Part shown: in pieces, positions 7,942 through 18,134 of the stretch | Numbering within the stretch: the stretch's first letter is position 1 | Layout: every line of letters begins with the position of its first letter | Source: Deltaproteobacteria bacterium | GTDB lineage: Bacteria > Desulfobacterota > Desulfomonilia > Desulfomonilales > Desulfomonilaceae | Direction: 5' to 3' | Length of the DNA: 32,000 nt | Assembly: GCA_023474025.1 (NCBI GenBank) | Contig: JAMCYH010000136.1 | Location: 27,025-59,024, forward strand | The notes under the pieces: model-generated | Database searches by the model: none | Told to the model about the DNA's origin: nothing | What the model saw: only the letters and a program-made list of their open reading frames with translations | Program-made: the position numbers and the translations under genes

Positions 7942-10089
7942 ATGTCAGACGAATACGGTCATTCGCAAAACGAACAGACCTCAGAGTCGGCCGATCAGTT
8001 TAAAAAACTGCCAAACCGTTTGATACGGGAAAAAAGTCCATACCTGCTTCAACATGCGTATAATCCTGTTGATTGGCGATCGTGGGGGGACGAAGCTTTC
8101 GAAATTGCCAAAAAGGAAAATAAGCCAATCTTTCTGTCAATTGGTTATTCAACATGTCATTGGTGCCACGTGATGGAAAGAGAATCCTTTGAAGATGATG
8201 AAGTCGCAGCAATCATGAACAGGGTTTTTGTTTCGATAAAAGTCGATAGAGAAGAAAGGCCGGACATAGATCATGCCTATATGACGGTTTGCCAGATGAT
8301 GACAGGTAGTGGCGGATGGCCATTGAATATAGTAATGACTCCAGACAAAAAACCCTTCTTTGCAGGCACTTATTTCCCCAAACATTCGGGCTATGGCCGA
8401 ATTGGATTAATCGACCTTGCTGCAAGGATAGAACACCTGTGGTTAAGTGACAGGGCCCAGATTGAAGGGGCTAGCGAAAAAGTTCTATCAGCTCTTAACA
8501 GCGCTACTGAACATAGTTCAGGAGAAACCCTTGGTTTAGGCTCTCTGAAAACCGCCTTTCAGCAGCTTGATCAAAGGTTCGACCCAAATTTTGGCGGTTT
8601 CAGCGAAGCTCCCAAATTTCCTACACCTCACAATCTTGTTTTCCTGCTGAGATATTGGAAACGCACAGGAGATCAACATGCTCTTCAGATGGTTACAAAA
8701 ACTTTGGATCAGATGCGTTTGGGAGGGATTTATGATCATGTCGGGTTTGGATTTCATAGATATTCTACAGATACGCAATGGCTGGTTCCACATTTCGAAA
8801 AAATGCTTTACGACCAGGCTATGCTGGCTGTCGCTTACACTGAAGCTTATGAGGTCACAAACAGAGTCGATTATAAAAATACAGTTCAGGAAATCATCGA
8901 ATATGTCTTACGTGATTTAACCTCTCCAGATGGTGGATTTTATTCCGCTGAAGACGCGGACAGCGAAGGAGAGGAAGGGAAATTTTATGTCTGGACACAA
9001 GAAGAGCTGCAGGAAATCTTGCCAAAAAATGAAGCAAACTTTGTCGAAAGGGCCTTTAACGTCTTTAAAATGGGAAACTTCAAGGAAGAGGTCACACAAT
9101 CACTTACAGGTCGAAACATTCTAAATTTAAAAAGGCCTTTGGAGGAATTACGCGAACAGTTTAATTTTTCTGAAACTGAGCTTCAACACATCTGGGAAAA
9201 GGCCCGAAAGCGGCTTTTTGAAATTAGAGAGAAACGGCCTCACCCACACAAGGACGACAAGATTCTTACAGATTGGAATGGATTGATGATAGCGGCATTG
9301 GCCAAGGCGTCAAGAGTTTTTGGCAAGAAGGATTACGCTACCGCTGCGGCCAAAGCGGCAGATTTCGTACTTGCAAATCTGCGTGACGTGAATGGAAAGT
9401 TGTTACGAAGGTATCGTCTTGGGGAAGCAGGGCTATCGGCTCACGTGGATGATTACGCCTTTTTGATTTGGGGGCTGCTGGAACTATACGAAACGACATT
9501 TGACCCCGATTATTTGAAGATATCCATTGAGCTAAACGATGATTTTATAAAACGTTTCTGGGATAAAACAGCAGGTGGCTTTTTCTTTACCGCTGATGAC
9601 AGTGAAGAACTGCTGCTCAGACAAAAGGAAATTTACGATGGAGCCACGCCATCAGGCAATTCTGTCGCCGCAATGAATCTAGTAAAGCTCCATCGTATTA
9701 CAGGCTCAATGGAACTTGATTCCATGGTTTGGTCAATGTCTCGTGCATTTTCGGGCCTTGTAGCGCAGTTCCCGTCCGCCTACACCCAGTTTCTACTGTA
9801 CATTGATTTTCTTGTTGGCCCTTCGTTTGAAGTAGTTATAGCAGGCCCTGAAAACCATACCGAGACCCAAAACATCCTGCATCGTTTGAATGAAACATAT
9901 TTTCCCAACAAGGTGGTCATTTTGAAGATTATAGGGGAGGAGGATAGCGGGATAGCATCCCTGGCTCCATTTACCAGAGACCTCGGAATGCTCAACAACG
10001 GCCCCACAGTATATGTCTGCGGTAATTTCACATGTATGTCCCCTACCAATGATCCTGAGAAGATGGTGTCCATGCTTAAAATAAATTGA
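7942..10089 (+). CDS. Thioredoxin-domain protein, YyaL/DUF255 family (N-terminal thioredoxin fold plus six-hairpin glycosidase-like domain)
   Basis: [22 protein letters not shown]...[19 protein letters not shown] is the family signature. The ATG at 7942 has CAGGAGA upstream. The TTG at 7864 would only add non-homologous residues. Confidence 0.85.
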   Translation: MSDEYGHSQNEQTSESADQFKKLPNRLIREKSPYLLQHAYNPVDWRSWGDEAFEIAKKENKPIFLSIGYSTCHWCHVMERESFEDDEVAAIMNRVFVSIKVDREERPDIDHAYMTVCQMMTGSGGWPLNIVMTPDKKPFFAGTYFPKHSGYGRIGLIDLAARIEHLWLSDRAQIEGASEKVLSALNSATEHSSGETLGLGSLKTAFQQLDQRFDPNFGGFSEAPKFPTPHNLVFLLRYWKRTGDQHALQMVTKTLDQMRLGGIYDHVGFGFHRYSTDTQWLVPHFEKMLYDQAMLAVAYTEAYEVTNRVDYKNTVQEIIEYVLRDLTSPDGGFYSAEDADSEGEEGKFYVWTQEELQEILPKNEANFVERAFNVFKMGNFKEEVTQSLTGRNILNLKRPLEELREQFNFSETELQHIWEKARKRLFEIREKRPHPHKDDKILTDWNGLMIAALAKASRVFGKKDYATAAAKAADFVLANLRDVNGKLLRRYRLGEAGLSAHVDDYAFLIWGLLELYETTFDPDYLKISIELNDDFIKRFWDKTAGGFFFTADDSEELLLRQKEIYDGATPSGNSVAAMNLVKLHRITGSMELDSMVWSMSRAFSGLVAQFPSAYTQFLLYIDFLVGPSFEVVIAGPENHTETQNILHRLNETYFPNKVVILKIIGEEDSGIASLAPFTRDLGMLNNGPTVYVCGNFTCMSPTNDPEKMVSMLKIN

Positions 10090-10148
10090 TTGTGAAATTG
10101 GTAAATCATCGGTTACAATTAAAAGATATACTTTAAACTACAAGGAAC

Positions 10149-12173
10149 ATGACTATGACCGATTCAGGGGATTCTATAGACCAGTTATGTATTAACACGA
10201 TCAGAACTTTGTCCGTGGACATGGTACAGCAGGCCAATTCGGGTCACCCCGGTTTGCCATTGGGAACGGCTTCGATGGCGTATGTGCTATGGACTCGTTT
10301 TTTAAAATTCAACCCTCGCAATCCGAATTGGCCGAACAGGGACCGTTTCATATTATCGGCCGGACATGGATCAGCTTTACAATATGCCTTGCTCCACCTT
10401 TCAGGCTATGATCTTTCCATAGAGGAAATTAAGCGTTTCCGTCAGTGGGAAAGCAAGACTCCGGGGCATCCTGAATACGGCCTTACTCCTGGGATCGAAG
10501 CTACTACCGGGCCCCTTGGGCAGGGATTTGCCATGGGAGTCGGTATGGCCATAGCTGAACGTTTTTTGGCTTCCGATTTTAATAGACCTGGTTTCCCAAT
10601 TGTTGACCATCATATTTATGCAATTGTTTCTGATGGAGACCTAATGGAAGGAGTCTCTTCCGAAGCAGCGTCTCTGGCCGGTTATCTCAAGCTGGGCAAG
10701 ATGATTTATTTGTACGATGACAACAAGATTTCAATTGAAGGTAGCACAAATCTGACTTTCACCGAAAATGTAGGAGCCAGATTCCAGGCTTATGGTTGGC
10801 ACGTTACCAGAGTTTCTGATGGCAATGACATTGAAGCCATTCAGGCGGCAATTGACGAAGCTCGACGGGAAACCAACAGGCCTTCACTGGTGATCGTAAG
10901 AACGCACATAGGATATGGTAGTCCGAAACAGGATAGCGCCTCAGCCCATGGTGAGCCGCTAGGAGAACCGGCGGTAAAAGCCACAAAAGAAAGGCTTAAT
11001 TGGCCTACAGAAGCACGGTTCTACATCCCTGAAGAAGTTACCGCTAGCTTCAGACTTTGTGGAAATCGTGGTCAGGAACATGAGCAGCGGTGGAACCTTA
11101 TGCTGGAAGATTACTCGAAAACTTATCCTGAAGCCAAAGAGAGGTTCCTTGGTCAGTTTCGGGGAGATCTTCCCGACAATTGGGATTCAGAAATCCCGGT
11201 ATTCAAGCCTGAGGACAAACCCGAAGCTACCCGCGTTTCCTCGGGTAAAGTCCTTAACGGCATAGCAAAAAAGCTGCCCAACATCATAGGTGGATCTGCA
11301 GATCTGGCTCCCTCCACCAAGACGATCATCTCCGGCGATCCTGCTCAGTCCCCCGATCAATTTTCCGGGCGTAACATCCACTTTGGGGTTCGCGAGTTTG
11401 CCATGGGAGCCATTGTTAATGGAATGGCGCTTCATGGTGGTGTGATACCTTATGGGGCTACTTTCTTTGTATTCACTGATTACATGAGACCAGCTATCAG
11501 ATTAGCCGCCATAATGAATATCCACTCGATATTTGTACTTACACACGACAGCGTCGCATTAGGTGAAGATGGTCCCACACATCAACCGGTAGAACATCTT
11601 GCTTCCCTCAGGGCTATGCCGAATTTGTGCCTTATAAGACCGGCAGACGCTAATGAAACAGCGGAAGCGTGGCGATTGGCGATAAAATCGAAAGGGCCTG
11701 TCGCTCTAATACTTACAAGACAGAGCCTTCCCGTTCTTGACAGGAAAAACTTTGCAAGCGCCTCCCTTTTGGAACGTGGAGCTTACGTGCTTTCCGACAG
11801 TCAAAAGGACCCCTCTCTTATTATGATAGCTTCCGGTTCAGAAGTTAATCTTGCGCTGAAGGCCCAGGACACATTGTTGAAAGAACACAACATCGCCACC
11901 CGCGTTGTGTCCATGCCAAGTTGGGACCTTTTTGAAAAGCAATCGAGAGAATACATAGACGAGGTTCTTCCGCCTCGTGTTGAAGCGAGATTGGCCATTG
12001 AAGCCGGCGCTTCTTTCGGATGGGAGAGGTGGGTAGGCTTGAAGGGCAAAGTAATATCAATCGATAAATTTGGCGCGTCTGCGCCCGGCCCGGAAGTTTT
12101 ATCCAATTATGGTTTTAATGTGGAGAACGTAGTAAAAAACGCGTTGGAAGTGGCACGGAATAAAGACAGATAG
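10149..12173 (+). CDS. tkt: Transketolase
   Basis: Full-length match to transketolase motifs: [76 protein letters not shown]. The start could be the ATG at 10155, which has better spacing to AAGGA. Confidence 0.95.
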   Translation: MTMTDSGDSIDQLCINTIRTLSVDMVQQANSGHPGLPLGTASMAYVLWTRFLKFNPRNPNWPNRDRFILSAGHGSALQYALLHLSGYDLSIEEIKRFRQWESKTPGHPEYGLTPGIEATTGPLGQGFAMGVGMAIAERFLASDFNRPGFPIVDHHIYAIVSDGDLMEGVSSEAASLAGYLKLGKMIYLYDDNKISIEGSTNLTFTENVGARFQAYGWHVTRVSDGNDIEAIQAAIDEARRETNRPSLVIVRTHIGYGSPKQDSASAHGEPLGEPAVKATKERLNWPTEARFYIPEEVTASFRLCGNRGQEHEQRWNLMLEDYSKTYPEAKERFLGQFRGDLPDNWDSEIPVFKPEDKPEATRVSSGKVLNGIAKKLPNIIGGSADLAPSTKTIISGDPAQSPDQFSGRNIHFGVREFAMGAIVNGMALHGGVIPYGATFFVFTDYMRPAIRLAAIMNIHSIFVLTHDSVALGEDGPTHQPVEHLASLRAMPNLCLIRPADANETAEAWRLAIKSKGPVALILTRQSLPVLDRKNFASASLLERGAYVLSDSQKDPSLIMIASGSEVNLALKAQDTLLKEHNIATRVVSMPSWDLFEKQSREYIDEVLPPRVEARLAIEAGASFGWERWVGLKGKVISIDKFGASAPGPEVLSNYGFNVENVVKNALEVARNKDR

Positions 12174-12212
12174 ATACCCTTAATCCAATATCAGAACCAC
12201 TTTCCTCTGGCT

Positions 12213-12782
12213 TCAGGTTAGAGACATATCTGATTGAGCCGTCCCCATACTTAGAAGCATCATACTAATATCATTGACTATTTTATCGACCCAGTGAGAC
12301 GGATAAGTCTCACTGAGGAAGATCATGTCATAATGTCTAAGCCCCCAACTCCATACCAAAGCATCAGCCTTGCATTCGATTGACTCTTTGTATCTGGCTC
12401 TTGCCCCCCGTTCCTGTGGCCATTCATTCTCTGGCAGAAGTTCGGCTGTTACATGTCCCAATTCTCGAAGGAGAGCCCCAATGAAATGGTCCTCCGGCCA
12501 GCCCAGAGCTTCATCACAGATACTGATAGAATAAACCGGACGGCCTGAATACCGCTCTGTTGTGGTCCTCATTCCAGGGGATAATTCGGAGCCACGGGTG
12601 ATCGAGAGGGACAGTTTTCTAGACCTGCCCAGGAAGAGATTCAACACTTCTTCTGGAAGGATCTCAAACGCTTTGTTAATTCTGGCCTTGGTAACACCTA
12701 ATCTGGGGTTGTCCAGTTTGATTCCTTTGATTTTTATTATGCTTTCCAGGTAATTACTAACATTTTTAGTATCTTCTGCCAC
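12213..12782 (-). CDS. Hypothetical protein (189 aa)
   Basis: The GTG start at 12782 has AGAGG 5 nt upstream. No signal peptide or TM helix. The only motif-like element is FIGALLRELGHV, which resembles the HExxH context of ImmA/IrrE-type zincins with the first His replaced by Arg. Confidence 0.5.
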   Translation of the reverse strand: MAEDTKNVSNYLESIIKIKGIKLDNPRLGVTKARINKAFEILPEEVLNLFLGRSRKLSLSITRGSELSPGMRTTTERYSGRPVYSISICDEALGWPEDHFIGALLRELGHVTAELLPENEWPQERGARARYKESIECKADALVWSWGLRHYDMIFLSETYPSHWVDKIVNDISMMLLSMGTAQSDMSLT

Positions 12783-12813
12783 TATTGCCTCTATTTGATC
12801 AAATATCGGATGA

Positions 12814-14037
12814 TTACCAGAGATTAGAAAATGACTTGGGACGAGTCAACTGGATCGGGTTCGAAATTCTAACGGGAGATTCGTCTTCCCATTTACGGAG
12901 CAGGTCCGCGAATTCTTTGTTTGTTGGGTCCATCGAGATAGCCTTCTTTAGGGTTAAGATCGCCGCTGCGTCTTCTTTCAATGCTTTATGGACTTCCGCC
13001 AGGTCTCTGGTTAATTCCGGTGTCGTCGGGTCACCCATGGAGACTGCCTTTTCAGCGTATTTCCTGGCCAGGGCTGGATTTTTGACGGATGGATCATTGG
13101 CTGTAGCCATGAGGAGCCCCAACTCAGCGTAACCGGGAGCAAATCGCTTATCAAGCTCAATCGATTTCTCCAGGTCTTTCTTTGCCAGCCTATACTCCCC
13201 AAGCTTAGCATAGGCTATTCCACGATCTTTGTATAAAACTGGAGAATTTGGATTCATTTCAATCACTTTGCTGAATTCCTCCACCGCCTTGTCATGGCGT
13301 CCTTTTCCACTGAAGGCCATGCCACGATTGTGATAGGCAGATGAAAAACTGGAATTTATTTCAATTGCCTTATCGAAATCATTGAGGGCCTGATCAAATT
13401 TCTTTTGACGCATGTAGGCCACACCACGATTGTTGAATACCATGGCGTTGGATGGATCGAGTTTTATGGCTTTGTCAAAGTCTTGAATCGCCCTATCATA
13501 TTCACCCTCGCCGTTTAGAGCAAACCCTCTATTATTGTAATACCTTGCATCATTAGGTTTTAACGTAATCGCCTGGTCAAAGTCTTTTATAGCGTGGCTG
13601 TAATCATTCAAACCGTTAAAAGCAAAACCCCTGGTGTTAAGCGCCTCAGAAGATGTGGGTTCTAATTTAATGGCCACATCTAAGGCTTCAACAGCTTTTG
13701 AGTATTCCTTAATTGCATTGTATGCGAAGCCCAGTCTCGCAAAAGCAGGAGCGTACGCCGGATCCAATTTCGTAGCGTGAATCAGATCTTTTATTGCGGA
13801 TCTGGGCTCACCCTTTTTTAGATAGGCTTCCGCTCTTTTAGCCCAAACCCTCGCAGATTGTGGAGCCAACTTGATAGCATCTGAATAAAGATTTATGGCT
13901 TGATCCAAAGACCCTGAATCTTCGGCCTGCTGCCCTGCCCTGAATATGTCCAAAAAATCTTCAGCCCATGTTGATTGAACGTTTATGCTCCCAACTAGAG
14001 CCATTATTCCTAAAACCACCATTATTTTAGTTTTCAC
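12814..14037 (-). CDS. Secreted tetratricopeptide-repeat (TPR) protein
   Basis: About nine consecutive 34-aa TPR units (A.xxY.xAI.LxPxxAxAxxNRGxAY pattern). A GTG at 14037 preceded by GGAGA gives a clean signal peptide (KTKIMVVLGIMALVGSINVQSTWA). The ORF could extend to 14115. Confidence 0.8.
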   Translation of the reverse strand: MKTKIMVVLGIMALVGSINVQSTWAEDFLDIFRAGQQAEDSGSLDQAINLYSDAIKLAPQSARVWAKRAEAYLKKGEPRSAIKDLIHATKLDPAYAPAFARLGFAYNAIKEYSKAVEALDVAIKLEPTSSEALNTRGFAFNGLNDYSHAIKDFDQAITLKPNDARYYNNRGFALNGEGEYDRAIQDFDKAIKLDPSNAMVFNNRGVAYMRQKKFDQALNDFDKAIEINSSFSSAYHNRGMAFSGKGRHDKAVEEFSKVIEMNPNSPVLYKDRGIAYAKLGEYRLAKKDLEKSIELDKRFAPGYAELGLLMATANDPSVKNPALARKYAEKAVSMGDPTTPELTRDLAEVHKALKEDAAAILTLKKAISMDPTNKEFADLLRKWEDESPVRISNPIQLTRPKSFSNLW

Positions 14038-14214
14038 AGCAACGGTATCTCCGGACAGCTTTTTTCGTTGATCAATCATCATACAGAACCAGACAATTTT
14101 ATAAAAGTTTGCCAATTGACATCATGAGGTATAACTATTTTGTTTGAATAGAGCAACCCAGCGCCTGTCTTGCGGGTCATTTTTTGGATGAGTCTTTGAT
14201 CGGAGGTTTGTTAA

Positions 14215-14871
14215 TTGGACCTGCTCAAAACAATGCTACAACGACGTAGCGCCAGAAGTTTTCTAAAAAAAATTGTGGAAAAATCTGTAATGGAATCAAT
14301 ACTGAATTACGCGGCCAACGCGCCTTCAGCAATAAATATGCAGCCGTGGGAAGTTCATATTGTGTCGGGTGAAGAAACACCGAGACTTTCGAGAAAACTC
14401 TTAAAGAGATTTAAAGAGAAGCAAATAGCCTGCGGTCCCGGCGCCACACAAAAAATTCCAGACAAGTTTATTGATAGAGCCAGACTGGCAGCTCAGGGCA
14501 TGACTCCTCTAATTGAAGAAATGGGTACTGATTTTAAAACTTTCGTCAACACTGGCAGCTTGAAATTCTATGGCGCCCCTACTGTAGCATTCGTGTTCAT
14601 TGACGACAGTTTTCCCCCGGAACGCCTGACGGACGTTGGGGCATTCCTGGGTTATTTTGTTTTATCCGCGGAGTCACATGGTTTGGCCACTTGCCCTATA
14701 GGACTTGTAAAAGCCTACGAAGATGAGATTAAAGACGCTCTCAATGTTCCAGATAGCAAAACTCTGGTGATATCTGTGGCAATCGGATACCCGGATGTCA
14801 ATGCCCCAATAAACCATTTCAGATCAGAGAGAGCGAGCCTTGAAGAATTCGTTAGATGGATCGGTGACTAA
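14215..14871 (+). CDS. Nitroreductase-family FMN oxidoreductase
   Basis: RRSARSF near the N-terminus, NMQPWE, and a C-terminal GYP segment. The TTG start at 14215 has GGAGG 8 nt upstream. Confidence 0.8.
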   Translation: MDLLKTMLQRRSARSFLKKIVEKSVMESILNYAANAPSAINMQPWEVHIVSGEETPRLSRKLLKRFKEKQIACGPGATQKIPDKFIDRARLAAQGMTPLIEEMGTDFKTFVNTGSLKFYGAPTVAFVFIDDSFPPERLTDVGAFLGYFVLSAESHGLATCPIGLVKAYEDEIKDALNVPDSKTLVISVAIGYPDVNAPINHFRSERASLEEFVRWIGD

Positions 14872-14881
14872 GGGTTGACTT

Positions 14882-15592
14882 TCATGAGTTTTCCAGAGAA
14901 TCCGCGAGGACTCCTTTATCAAGAAAAAGGACCCTTTTCGATTTGCCGGCTGCTCGTGGATCGTGAGTCACCATTATAATTGTCTTCTCGAACTGTTCGT
15001 TGAGTTGACTTAGTAAATCAAGCACATCTGAAGCAGATTTCTTGTCCAGATCACCTGTGGGTTCATCCGCAACAATCAACAGTGGATCTGTGACAATGGC
15101 CCTGGCTATGGCTACTTTCTGTTGTTGCCCACCTGACAACTCAGATGGAAAATGGTCCATTCGGTCCACCAGTCCAACGGCTTCCAGCGCAGCAATTGCG
15201 TGTTCCCGCCTCGCCGACCTGGAAAGAGAAGTTAGAAGCAATGGGAGCTGAACGTTTTCTAAAGCGTTTAGCACAGGGATGAGATTGTAAAATTGAAAGA
15301 TGAACCCAACGTTCGCTCCACGCCATTTGCTTAGTTTCGATTCGTTCAGGGTCGCTATGTCAATTTCTCCAACGATTAATCGCCCACTATCAGGGCGATC
15401 GATCCCCGCTATCAAATTCAGCAGCGTGGTTTTACCAGAGCCCGATGGTCCCATGAGGGCCAAAAATTCACCCTGCTGGACATTAAGACTTATATCAATC
15501 AAAACCGGTATTTCCTGAGTTCCGCGTCTATACGATTTCGATAACTCGTCAATTATTACTATATTTGGATGGTCCACGAAAAGACGTCTCAC
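14882..15592 (-). CDS. ABC transporter ATP-binding protein, MacB/LolD/FtsE-like
   Basis: Walker A GPSGSGKTT, Q-loop, signature LSGGQQQKVAIARA, Walker B LIVADEPTGDLD and H-loop VTHD. The GTG at 15592 overlaps the adaptor gene's stop (GTGA). A GTG at 15577 is an alternative start. Confidence 0.9.
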   Translation of the reverse strand: MRRLFVDHPNIVIIDELSKSYRRGTQEIPVLIDISLNVQQGEFLALMGPSGSGKTTLLNLIAGIDRPDSGRLIVGEIDIATLNESKLSKWRGANVGFIFQFYNLIPVLNALENVQLPLLLTSLSRSARREHAIAALEAVGLVDRMDHFPSELSGGQQQKVAIARAIVTDPLLIVADEPTGDLDKKSASDVLDLLSQLNEQFEKTIIMVTHDPRAAGKSKRVLFLDKGVLADSLENS

Positions 15593-16812
15593 TCCTTGAT
15601 TTTTACTCTTCTACCGCTGGCCAAATCAGCGTCGGGTTTGAGCGCAATTAGTTCTCCCTCGTTTAGGCCAGATATTATTTCTGTTGTTTCACCCCAAGAT
15701 TTTCCGGTTTTTACCTCAGTTGCCATGACCATCCCCTCTTTGATCGAAAAGACGATGTCGGCATCCCCCCTCTTGAGTATCGAGCTTGTCGGCACTCCCA
15801 GGAATGCCCTGTTTTCTCCTTCTCTGAGCGGCCGCAAGAGAAAAGACACTTTAGCGCTCATTTCGGGAAGTACCTTTTCGCTGATTTTGTCAAACTTGAC
15901 CTTGGCCAGAACTGTAGCTTTGGATCTATCCGCAGTAGGAACAATCATGTAAACGGTTCCTTCAAATCTGTCATTTGGAAACGCGTCGAGACGAATCTCC
16001 GCAGGGCCACCAACTTTAACTTTCTCAAGACTTGATTCCGCAACATCAACTTCAACCATACGAGATTTCATATCCGCCATCGATACAACAGCGGCCTTGG
16101 CATTCAATGAAGCTCCCATAGGAGCGACAACTTCGCCTTCTTCGGCGCTTTTCGTCAAAATGACGCCGTCAAATGGAGCTCTGATGTAAGATTGGTCAAG
16201 GTTTACCGCAGATACTTTTACAGCAGCGTCAGCTTTATCAACCCGATATTTCGCTGACCGGTAGGCTGCCTTCGCCTTTTTGTACCTTGCTTCCGCTGAA
16301 TCAAAGGCTTGTTCAGAAACCGAACCAGAATCCTTGAGAACTTTTTGGCGATTGAAATTCAAAGTGGCGTCATCGAGTTCCGCATCAGCGTTGTTGAGAT
16401 CAGCTTGCGATACTTTAAGGCTCGCCTGGGCTTCTTCAAGAGCCGCTTGCAGGTCACTGTTCTCCAACTGGGCTATGATATCTCCCTGCTTAACTGCTTT
16501 GCCCTCCTCAACGTAAAGATGCTCCAGTCTACCTGTGGCTTTGGAAGACACCGCGGCCTTCCGCTGGGCGACCACATAGCCGCTTGCATTCAGAATGGTT
16601 AGGGCCCGGGAAGGAAAAGTAACGGACACCTTAATCGCACGAATTTCGACCGGAGGCCTCAGCCAGTTTATCCATAGCCAATACGCGCCGAAGGTTACTA
16701 GGGTTAATACCAACAATGAAATGAAAACGATCTTGAATAAAGGAGTCCTGTGTTGTCCCCTAGCTTTTGATTCTAAACTAATTTTGAGTTTTGTAAGATT
16801 ATCAGTAGACAT
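15589..16812 (-). CDS. Efflux transporter periplasmic adaptor (HlyD/MacA/RND-MFP family)
   Basis: N-terminal TM anchor, a lipoyl-like segment (GRLEHLYVEEGKAVKQGDIIAQLE), a long coiled-coil hairpin, IRAPFDGVI, and a beta-barrel and membrane-proximal region. Confidence 0.85.
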   Translation of the reverse strand: MSTDNLTKLKISLESKARGQHRTPLFKIVFISLLVLTLVTFGAYWLWINWLRPPVEIRAIKVSVTFPSRALTILNASGYVVAQRKAAVSSKATGRLEHLYVEEGKAVKQGDIIAQLENSDLQAALEEAQASLKVSQADLNNADAELDDATLNFNRQKVLKDSGSVSEQAFDSAEARYKKAKAAYRSAKYRVDKADAAVKVSAVNLDQSYIRAPFDGVILTKSAEEGEVVAPMGASLNAKAAVVSMADMKSRMVEVDVAESSLEKVKVGGPAEIRLDAFPNDRFEGTVYMIVPTADRSKATVLAKVKFDKISEKVLPEMSAKVSFLLRPLREGENRAFLGVPTSSILKRGDADIVFSIKEGMVMATEVKTGKSWGETTEIISGLNEGELIALKPDADLASGRRVKIKE

Positions 16813-16997
16813 TTTTCGTGATAACTCTTGTTGATAAAATAATAAGGTGTTTTAATGGCGTCATGTTTCCCATTAACACGCATTGAATGATCACCGGTTA
16901 GGTGTTAATATCGGTCTCAACCCTTAGATTCCCTTTAGTTATTTTAAATTGACAAACCATCAACGAAATTTCTTGGTCAGAGGATAGACATATACTT

Positions 16998-17741
16998 ATG
17001 TGGGCAAAAATCCTGTTGGCGCCTCGTATCATGCTAACTGCTATAGGATTGGTCATCTTCACCTCAGTCCTGACTCCTCCAATAATTCTTTCCGCCCTGT
17101 TCAAATCATCCGGCGGACCGGCTTTTCGAATAATGCGTTGGTGGGCAATCCTGATATCCTTCCTCATGGGGCTAAAATATTCGATTTACGGAACGGAGAA
17201 TATTCGCTCGGGACAATCCTATATTATCACCCCTAATCACCAGGGGAATGCCGATATTTTAGCGCTTGTCGTCAATCTACCTCTCCGTTTCCGCTGGGTT
17301 ATTAAACGGGAACTACTCAGAATTCCAGTTTTTGGTTGGGCATTAGCAGGCACCGGCGCAATTGCTATAGACCGATCAGACAGAGAAAAGGCTGTAGAAA
17401 GTCTGAACAAGGCCAAGGATAAGCTCTCGAAAGGTTGGTCAATGCTCATATACCCTGAAGGAACCAGAACTGCTGACGGGAACCTACTCCCATTCAAAAA
17501 AGGGCCATTCATGATTGCGGTTCAGACCGGGCTGCCAATTTTGCCCGTGGCATCTAATGGGGCTTTTAAAATACTGCCCAAAAAGACTATCGCTTTTCGT
17601 CCCGGACGAATAACGCTAACAGTTGGTGAGCCTATAATAACCAAAGACCTGACAGAAAATGATGTCCCTTGGCTGATGGAACAAACCAGAATGGCAATAG
17701 CAAAGAACTTGAAAGCTAATTATGACCCTTTTAAGGAATGA
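16998..17741 (+). CDS. plsC: 1-acyl-sn-glycerol-3-phosphate (lysophospholipid) acyltransferase family protein
   Basis: The HX4D catalytic box NHQGNAD, plus YPEGTRT and an N-terminal TM segment. Confidence 0.85.
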   Translation: MWAKILLAPRIMLTAIGLVIFTSVLTPPIILSALFKSSGGPAFRIMRWWAILISFLMGLKYSIYGTENIRSGQSYIITPNHQGNADILALVVNLPLRFRWVIKRELLRIPVFGWALAGTGAIAIDRSDREKAVESLNKAKDKLSKGWSMLIYPEGTRTADGNLLPFKKGPFMIAVQTGLPILPVASNGAFKILPKKTIAFRPGRITLTVGEPIITKDLTENDVPWLMEQTRMAIAKNLKANYDPFKE

Positions 17742-17840
17742 CGATCCTGATTGAATATTTTTGTCAGGGTTCCCAATTTCGGATATCAAGGCAAAATTTC
17801 ACCGTTGTTGAATAATGTTCCGAAGTAGGTTCGCAAACTG

Positions 17841-18059
17841 TTAATCTTCAACCTCCAATTCTTCCAGTGGTTCCCGACCATATTTTCTAACAAAACTTTC
17901 CTGAGCAATTTTGTAAGCCTGCTCTGCGCCTCCTGACTGTTTTGTCCCTGACAACTCTTCTTCCAGCGCCTTTTTGGCCTTGGCCAACCGAAGAGCGTCT
18001 CCATCACGGGCAGTTTGGTCCACCCATTCCAACGCCTTTAAAATTTCTGATTTGTTCAT
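17841..18059 (-). CDS. Small acidic, predicted helical hypothetical protein (72 aa)
   Basis: AAGGA lies 8 nt upstream of the ATG. The gene sits 75 nt downstream of the permease gene on the same strand. I recognise no family. Confidence 0.4.
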   Translation of the reverse strand: MNKSEILKALEWVDQTARDGDALRLAKAKKALEEELSGTKQSGGAEQAYKIAQESFVRKYGREPLEELEVED

Positions 18060-18134
18060 TTGTTTGTCCTTATGTTTTACGTTTCGAGCTCAGATCATTG
18101 CAGTCCGCAAAGAGTAACTCAATCACCCACATAG

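Noticed and set aside
16847-16909. ATTAACAC / GTGTTAAT inverted repeat (16872-16879 and 16902-16909), with a third imperfect copy at 16847-16856, between the adaptor gene and plsC
   Set aside because: An 8-bp inverted repeat with a 22-nt spacer in 185 bp is only marginally beyond chance. No cognate TetR-like regulator is nearby. A possible operator, but not supportable from sequence alone.
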